From positions 46,502,001 through 46,566,000 of the forward strand of contig NC_087447.1 of assembly GCF_036321535.1 (NCBI RefSeq): DNA of 64,000 bases, given 5' to 3'. Positions within the stretch are counted from its first letter, which is position 1. Each line of letters starts with the position of its first letter. Position numbers and translations under genes: made by a program. Positions 56,175 to 64,000 of the stretch are shown here, piece by piece. Under the pieces are notes generated by a model, which was not told where the DNA came from, searched no databases, and was given only the letters and a program-made list of their open reading frames with translations. The stretch is from Camelus dromedarius (lineage: Eukaryota).

Positions 56175-56775
56175 TTTACAGGTTCACTAAAAATCTGTAC
56201 ACAAATGTTCATAGAAGCTTTTACATGTAATAGCCAAAAACTAGAATCAGTCTATATGTCCTCCAGTAGGAGAATGGTTACACTCTAGTATTTACATACT
56301 ACTCAGCAATAAAAAGGAATGAAGTAATAATACACAGAACTACTTGGGTGAATTCCCAGGGAATTATGCTGAGCAAAAAAAAAGGCAATTCCAAAAGGTT
56401 ACAAACTCCATGATTCTATTTATATAACATTTTTGAAAGGACAGAACATTAAAAATGGAGGGGACAGGAATTAGGGCCAGAAAAAGAGATGGGAGGAAAG
56501 GGTGTGATTATAGAAGGGCAACATGAACGATCCTATGGTGTTGGAACAGAATTTGGTGCACACGCACACATACATACAAGTAAAACTGAGGATATCTGAA
56601 CAAGATCAGTGAATTATGTCAATGTCAATATTCTGGTTGTGCTGTTATATGGCAGCTTTTCAAAATGTTGCTGTGTGAGAAAATGTGCAAAGCTTCTGGT
56701 TGATCTCTCTGTATTATTTCTTAAAACCACAGGTAAATCTATAATTATCTCAATAAAAATGTCAATTTAAACAAA
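56175..56775 (+). mobile_element. L1MC-like 3' end
   Basis: tgtacacaaatgttcatagaagc...tactcagcaataaaaaggaatgaa...gatctctctgtattatttctta...ctataattatctcaataaaa. Confidence 0.7.
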
Positions 56776-59700
56776 ATCCTTCGCAGGGGTCCCCAAATTC
56801 CTACAACAGTGATTCCTAACATCTTCCAATGAGTAATTCAAAAAAGCTCTATACAATAATAGCTACATTTTTGGTATCCACCAACTGAAAAATGATTGAG
56901 GAAATAATATGGATTCATGAGACACCCTTCAAGGCCCCTTTGTGGGGCTTCAAATCCCCAAGATTGGAAACCACTGTCCAGTATAATGAATATAAAGTAA
57001 AGTATACAAGGCTTTTCAAGAGGTGGTCTGTAATGAGTTCTCTAGCTTTATCCCATGCCTCTAACACACATCCCATGCTCCCATCACACTAAACTACTTT
57101 CAATTCCATAAATATGCAAGATTCACTTTGCAGTTTTGTACATGATGTTCCTTCTGCCTGCGATATCCTTGCACCATTCTACACCTGACTAATTCCTACT
57201 CAAGTTTCGATTCTACTCAGGGTTTTTCTAATTCCTCTAAGAAGTCTTCTCAACACTGAATCTCCTAGGGTTAGATTAGGAGCCCCTCTTCTGTGCTCTC
57301 ATAGTCCCTGTGCTTCCCTCTGCCACACTCATACCAACTATTTACCCTCTCCATGCCCCATTTCATTATCTTAAAATAAGGAGAAAATCGTATGTACCTA
57401 CCTCATAGAGTTGTGCAAATCAAACGAGTTAACACATCTGAAGTACTTCAAATAGAGCATGGCACACAGTAACAGTTCAATTACTACCAAGTTGTTTTTG
57501 TCCTAATTGTCCATCTAACTGCTACACTAAAAGATCCAAGCAGGAACTGGTATCTGCATCCATCTCTAGTCTGATATATAGTAGATGCTTGATTAATATT
57601 TGGGAAAAGAATTAAGAGATCTAAGGTTAAGCTAAGGAGGCAGAATTTAAGCCAGTGGTAGAACTGAGGATCTGGACAATTGGGAATTACTATTAAGAGC
57701 AAGATGTACAAGGCAGAAGCCAGGATATAAGATAGCCAGATAGCCATCTCTAAAAGATAAGCATAAAAAGACTGACTATTACAGATTACTGAAAACTTGG
57801 GTGGATATGCACTGAGAACTGAGAACTGCTAAATTATACGTATCTTCTAAACTGGCTTTGGCTGTACTAAATTTTTATGAAGAAGCCCTTTGATTTGTCA
57901 TTTTAATTTGTTAATATTGAGCTGAAAAAGTTGCTTAACCTTTTGAGGCAGTTTCTTCATCTGTAATACGTGGTAAAATAACAATTTTCTAAAGTATTTA
58001 AGATTATGCAAGCAAACTACCTAGCCCACTGATTAAAGTAAAACTAGTTTGTTGTGAATAAATGTTTTGTTTTCTCCTTGCCTTAATTTTTTTTCTCTTA
58101 AAAATTTTAAAATATATCCCTTGGATAATAACTGCCTAGCTGAAGGGAGGAGAGATGGAGTGAAACTGATCTATACAAAGTGCCAGAGCTTGACAAAGGG
58201 TAGACGGGTACCTGGAATTATTCTTTCCCCAGCTCCTCAAGTCATGTTTTCAAGGACTTGCTGGCCCTTCCAGGCCAGGGGAAAGCCTGTCTCCACCAGG
58301 AAACCTTCTCGAGCCACTCCAGGCCCTATGAGTCTCCCCTTCTGAGGTCAGAGCACTGGGCCCAGTCTGGTCCAGGCACCACCTCATAAAGTTTCTTCTA
58401 ATCATTATTGAATTCTGTCCCCAGCTGGCCTGTTAGCTCCTCTGGAGTGGGACTTGAGTGTCCTCCTGCTATCTTTGCTAGTACAGAATTAAGTACACTG
58501 TAACTGTCTAAGGGAAAGGGAGGATCAACATGACAAGAATTATGCTGAGACTTCTATATATGGTGTCTCTTTTAGAACCCTGCGAAGTTGGTACCTCTAT
58601 TATCCCCAATATAAGAGGAGGGAAATGAGGCCCAGATACACTAAGTGACTTACTCAAGTCACATAAATGATAAAAGTAGAGTTGGAACTGGGCTACTGTC
58701 TACCTTCAGTCTTGATAAGATTAAATGCAACCTGGTGTCTGCCTGGTCACCAACCATATAGCTGATTTGTTAGGCAATTCGGTCAAACCAGCCCCCCACA
58801 TCAACTCCTCTTTGCTTCCAATTTGGGCCTGAGAGAGCTGTCTGATTTCCTCTCTTCCTCTTATTTTGTTCCACATAGGAATTGCAAAGGGAGCTCCCCT
58901 GGGTCCCTTCCAGGGTGGAGTATGTGATAGAAACAGGCTAAACAAAGGGCCCTTTCGGAGGAATAAAAGGGAGGCAAATATTCATATCCTATAATATCAG
59001 AGCCAGAAAGACTCAGTAGTTAAATTCTCTGGTTTGACAAATGAGGACATTGAACCCTGAGAGAAGAGGTCATTTGCCTAAGGTCACACAGCTGAGTGGA
59101 GACTGAAACCTTGTCTCCTAGCTCCTATATTGGTGCTCATTTTGGTCTACCTTGCACCAGGCCTTAGAGACAGAACTGGAGTATGACCTGTCAGGCCTGT
59201 CACTAAGTGAAAAACCCAAACACTGTAAACACAGGAAATGGGCTGGGATGAGGTTCAGAGGGAGCAGCAACCTTTGCCAAGTTAGAAGTGTTCAAGGGTT
59301 TCCTGTCCACAGCTGTTAACTGTCACAGAAATGTTCCAGAAAACAATACAAGGCAGTAAAAAAGAAAAAGACTGAGGCCTAGAATTGACTATAAATTATT
59401 CAGGCCAACCCACTTAGTTTTACAAATGAGAAAGCTAAGAACCCCCCTTCCCAAAAAAGAAAAATGACTTGTTGAAACTCACACTCAGAATATAAGGACC
59501 CTTAGAAATTACTTATGTGGTTCAAATCCTTAATTTTAATGATGAGGTGCCTGAGACCCAGAGAGAGAAAAGCCTTGCCCAAGGGCACACAGCAAGACTG
59601 TGACAGAGCCAGCACTGGAACTCAGGTCTTCCACTTCACAGGCCAGTGTGCTTCCCATTGGTTAGAGTGAACCAGATAAAGTGATTTACTTCAGGTGATT

Positions 59701-60923
59701 TGGATGCTGTTTTGGCTTTGGAAAAAATATAACAGGTCAGGAAACTGAAAATAAGCAGAATATACTAACAGCTAATGAAGAATGACAAGGACCAAACAGA
59801 GCAAGTTTAAAGGAGCCAAAACAAAAGTTCTCTGGTTGCTTAAGACACTTTGGAAAATTAAGAGGCAGAAAAATATTCTGGCTATTCTAGACACTTAGAA
59901 TCCAAAGAAGAACAAGGAGGACAGGCAGACAGAAAAGACCAGAAATGCTAAGGGAAATCCCAAGGTACTGCTTCCTTCTTCCATCCTAGGCCCAAATATC
60001 CAGCAAACATCGCCCCAGAAGCAACCCTGGGTTCAGCAGGCCACGATGGGGGTACTATAATACTTAGCAGATTCTTAGGCCCCACGTGTCACACAGCTGA
60101 CAGGTATGGAGGGGAGCTACATTCACACAAGGCTTGGCAATTCATCTACATTCAGTCCACACATCAGCCCTGCAAGACAAGGATTATGATTGCCATTTAG
60201 CAGAAGTGGAAACTAGGGCTTAGAGGAGACAAGTCTCTTGATTACTGTGGTAAAGTTAGTATTGCTTATGGCAAATCCAGTATTCAAAGTTGAACTCTTA
60301 TTCAAAAAATTCTTAGCAAGTGCCTGCTATTCTAACCCAGTGGAACAGGGCCAGAGATATGGCCCCTGACCTAAAGGAGTCCCAATCATGGGTTAGAGAG
60401 TTAAGTAATAATTACTATAATATATTTTGAATGCTTACTATATGCCAGGTACGAGTCTAAACTTTCCATGTGTACTACTGCATTTAATTCTCGCAATAAC
60501 TCTGTGAGACAGTTACTACTATTCTTCTGTACAGATAGGAAACTAAGGCACAGAGAGATTAAGTAACTTTCTCAAGAGCACACAGCCAGTAAGTTGTAAA
60601 AGTAAAGATTTAAACCCAGGCAGCTTGACTCCGGAGTCTATACTCTTAAAAGCTACTTCCAAACAGACAATGGCAAGACAGCCTGTCGAGAGCTCTGACA
60701 GATGGAGATCAGAAGCAGTGGAGGACTTTGTTGGGACAGCTGTAATGAAGAGTGACACTACCTAGTATACTTCAATTAAAAAAAAAAAAAAAAAAGAATG
60801 ACGAAGCCAATGTGGCAAACTGTTAGCCACTGGCAAACTGAGTGAAGGCTATATGGGAGATTTTGTTCCACTCTTTCAATGTTTCTATAAGTTTAAAATT
60901 ATTTTAAAATAAAAAGTTAAAAG

Positions 60924-60978
<55 letters not shown>
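60924..60978. repeat. (CA)n microsatellite
   Basis: ~27 CA units with one interruption. Confidence 0.95.
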
Positions 60979-60983
<5 letters not shown>

Positions 60984-61759
60984 ACACTATCTAGAGGCTG
61001 GAAAGAACAGAAAGTTCAGAGGAACCTGAGCACCAGGGACTGGGCTACAATAGCTGATTCCTCCAGAGACAAGAAGACTCTGGTGAGAAAAGATGGGATG
61101 GTGACCAGAATCACACTCTTCTCCTGCTCTGGTCAGGGCACCATTACCTCTGCTCTGCAGAGCTTTCTCATTTAACATCTCACCAATCCTCTTTACAGTC
61201 AAGGGAGTCAGGCAGGGCAGATCTTCCCAATTCCCACTTGACAAATGAGAAAAATGAGACCAACAGAGCAGCAGTGGTTTGTCCTAGACAAGAACTGGAG
61301 GAAGAAGAAAAGTCAAGTCTCTTGACTTATGATCTTTCTACTAAACTACTCTGACTCTAGATCACTAAAAGGAAAATCCAAAACATGGTATTGAGGAAAC
61401 ATTTTAAACTGTATAGATTTCTCTGACCATTCTCTTTTCATCTTACAGTCACTCTCAACTTCTCCCCCACTCCACCCCTCACCATGCATGCAACAGAGTT
61501 CTTAAACTCCACTTACATATCGCATGCTCCCTCCCTTGATGCCTCAAAGTCAGTGATTCAATCAGTGAGTTAATTCACCACAAAGCCTTGGCTGCCATTA
61601 GACACCATGTCCTCAGGGAAACATTCCCCTTGCCAGCTCATCCTCAGCATACAGATCTTTAAATGCCAATTAAAGAAAAGAGGAATGCTGAAAAAGGAAA
61701 GGCCATGGAGAAACACCCTAAGAGGGGAGAACATTTCAAATGATTCTTCTTTTAATCTT

Positions 61760-61937
61760 TTTGTATATATATTTTTTATTGATGTATAGTCAGTTTACAA
61801 TGTTGTGTCAATTTCTGGTGTACAGCATAATGCTTCACTCACACATGAACATACATATACTCATTTTCATATTCTTTTTCATCATAAGTTACTACAAAAT
61901 ATTGAATATAGTTTCCTGTGTTATACAGTATAAATCT
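61760..61937 (-). mobile_element. Young camelid-type L1 3' end
   Basis: tttattgatgtatagtcagtttacaatgttgtgtcaatttctggtgtacagcataatgcttca is near-identical to the reverse complement of ~28680-28750. Confidence 0.85.
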
Positions 61938-62101
61938 ACACAGAAGACATCGAATTGAGCCCCAGCCTGAGGTCCACCCACCAAATCAACTCAGTTAGGG
62001 TCTTGAGCTTCTAATAAGGAAAAGTACTAAAAACCTACCATTAAATCATTCATTCATTTCTTCACTATTGATGTTTATCCTGTATACAACTTAGGTGCTA
62101 G

Positions 62102-62103
<2 letters not shown>

Positions 62104-62147
<44 letters not shown>

Positions 62148-62154
62148 GCACGCA
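62104..62154. repeat. (CA)n(CGCA)n microsatellite
   Basis: Seen directly. Confidence 0.95.
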
Positions 62155-64000
62155 AAAGAACATCTGCCTTCAAAAAGCTTAAATTTCATTTTTTGTTTCA
62201 CTGTTGTAGATGAAGCCATTTTTTGACAAATTAATTTGCTTCTATTGTTTATGTGAATTTAATATATACAAGTGATAATTTGTTTTCTTCAAGTCTCAGT
62301 AATATGACTGTAGGAGATACATGGGGAGGAAGAATGAAGGAATGTTGGGTTTCTTCTTTGGTATATTTTTTCATCTATTCCAGAAAATGTTTTTTAGAAC
62401 CCTGAATTGGCCCATGGCTCTTTGGGGAAAAGCTATGTTGGGCAGTAAATAATCTTTTTTTTAATTAAAATACAATCAATAGCTTTAGCAGAAAAACTAA
62501 GACAAAAAACCTTACCTTTTAATGGAGAAGGCAGCTAATCAAGATATAAGGAAAGAGCTACAATCAAGGGATATACCAAGTTCTGTGGGAGCAAGATGAC
62601 TAATTCTCCTTTAAGGGTTAGGGAAAGGCTTCCCAGAGAAGACTGGCTTGGCCATTGGCATGGCCTTAGAGAATATAGAACACCTGGATGCTAGAATGCT
62701 GAGCCTGCACAGACAGGGCTGGAGAGGTCTCTAACGGCAGACTAAAGAGTCCTAAATTCCTAGCAGAAGAGTTGCCTTGGGATAAGAGAAATATGCTGTA
62801 GGCCTGGTTGTTTCAAAAATTCTACTATCCCTCTGAGACATCTGCTCCAGGTAAAGTCCATCAAAGTCTGTAGTGGACCAAGCTCTACTCTGCACTCAAA
62901 CAGACCTAATGCTCTGAGCACAAGCCTGAGACTCTACAAGAGACTTCTTTATCTTGCCTTCACACACTTCTGCTTCCTGCCTTGCACCCAGCCTCCCACA
63001 GCAGCCAGAGCCACCTTATCTGACAAAGAGCTCTGCTGGTGGATACCACCATTAATGGTCTTAAGACTTTAAACTTAAAGCCAGGCAAAATGAGAAATGG
63101 TTCAGTTCAAATGCAACCTTTAGTGGTTTAACTTTAAGCAGGCCAAAGATGAAAATAAAAGTCTTCTGACGCTGCACAAACAGAGCAAAGGAAACAGCTC
63201 ATACCAAACCACAGTCCATTCAGTGGAAGCCCCAAATCCAGTAGTCCCTGACACCCTACCCACCCATCACCAAACCCATGTTCCAGCTAGGCCCAGCCTA
63301 GGCACATAGCACAAGCAGCACTGGAAAGAAGTGTAGGGGAGCAGGTCCTCAGGCCCTTCCCTGAAGCACTATCCAAATGGAAGGGAGTAACTGGACCCTT
63401 CCCATGCCCCACCCCAATGCCACAGAATGCCAGCTCAGCCTGGCCCTTGTGGGACTTAAAAATCTGCAAAGAATCTGGCAGTGTGCAACCTGAGCACCAC
63501 AGACCACACTTCTCAGGAAATGAAGGCGACTCCTGCAGCCCACGTAATGAGACTGCCACACACAGTCTAGATATTAACGGCTATTTAAGGAGTGCTGCTC
63601 TGGAACAGAAAAACTGGGCTGAAGTCTCGCTACTAACTTGATCATACACTGTCCCACTCTCATCTCCATGCAGTCCCCCTGATGACCAAATTCCACTCTA
63701 CCTTTAAGTCCAATCCACATACTGCCTCTTCTGAGGGGAACTTCCAGCCTCCTACAGTCCTGAATGATCACCCTATTTTATCTGGATAACATTCATTCAC
63801 TCAAAAAATATGTAGCAATGTCTTTCCTGTGGCAGCACTGTTTGCTGTGGTATTGCTCTATCTCCCTCACTGGAACTCAAGTTCTTTGACAAGGCTGCCC
63901 AAGTCCTACACTTCTACTACCTAAGCCTACCAGGAATTGTCTCCAAAGGCAGCAAATGTATTACACTAGATGATTAAACGTGGACACACTCTATCTCAAG

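Overview
Mammalian genomic DNA lying entirely within the STIM1 gene (minus strand). Vic-1-type tRNA-derived SINEs, and no Alu/Bov-tA/BovB/PRE-1 that I could recognise, point to a camelid. Two coding exons are present: exon 2 (44070-43940, 131 nt; Cys49/Cys56 segment and canonical EF-hand) and exon 3 (16000-15886, 115 nt; hidden EF-hand), both with GT-AG boundaries. The rest is intron, dense in L1, L2, L3/CR1, MIR, LTR and hAT repeats. Intron 2 holds an apparently full-length, disabled processed pseudogene of an FBXO27-like gene (21284-22882, + strand, 17-bp TSD) whose glycan-binding loop differs markedly from canonical FBXO27. Other notable points: four substitutions in the STIM1 luminal sensor relative to human, a probable L1 3' transduction, two orphan polyadenylated inserts, and very small TPRT scars. 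I see no support for a new multi-gene system; nearly all ORFs in the track are spurious or repeat-derived. Family and reference-protein comparisons were made from memory, not by search.
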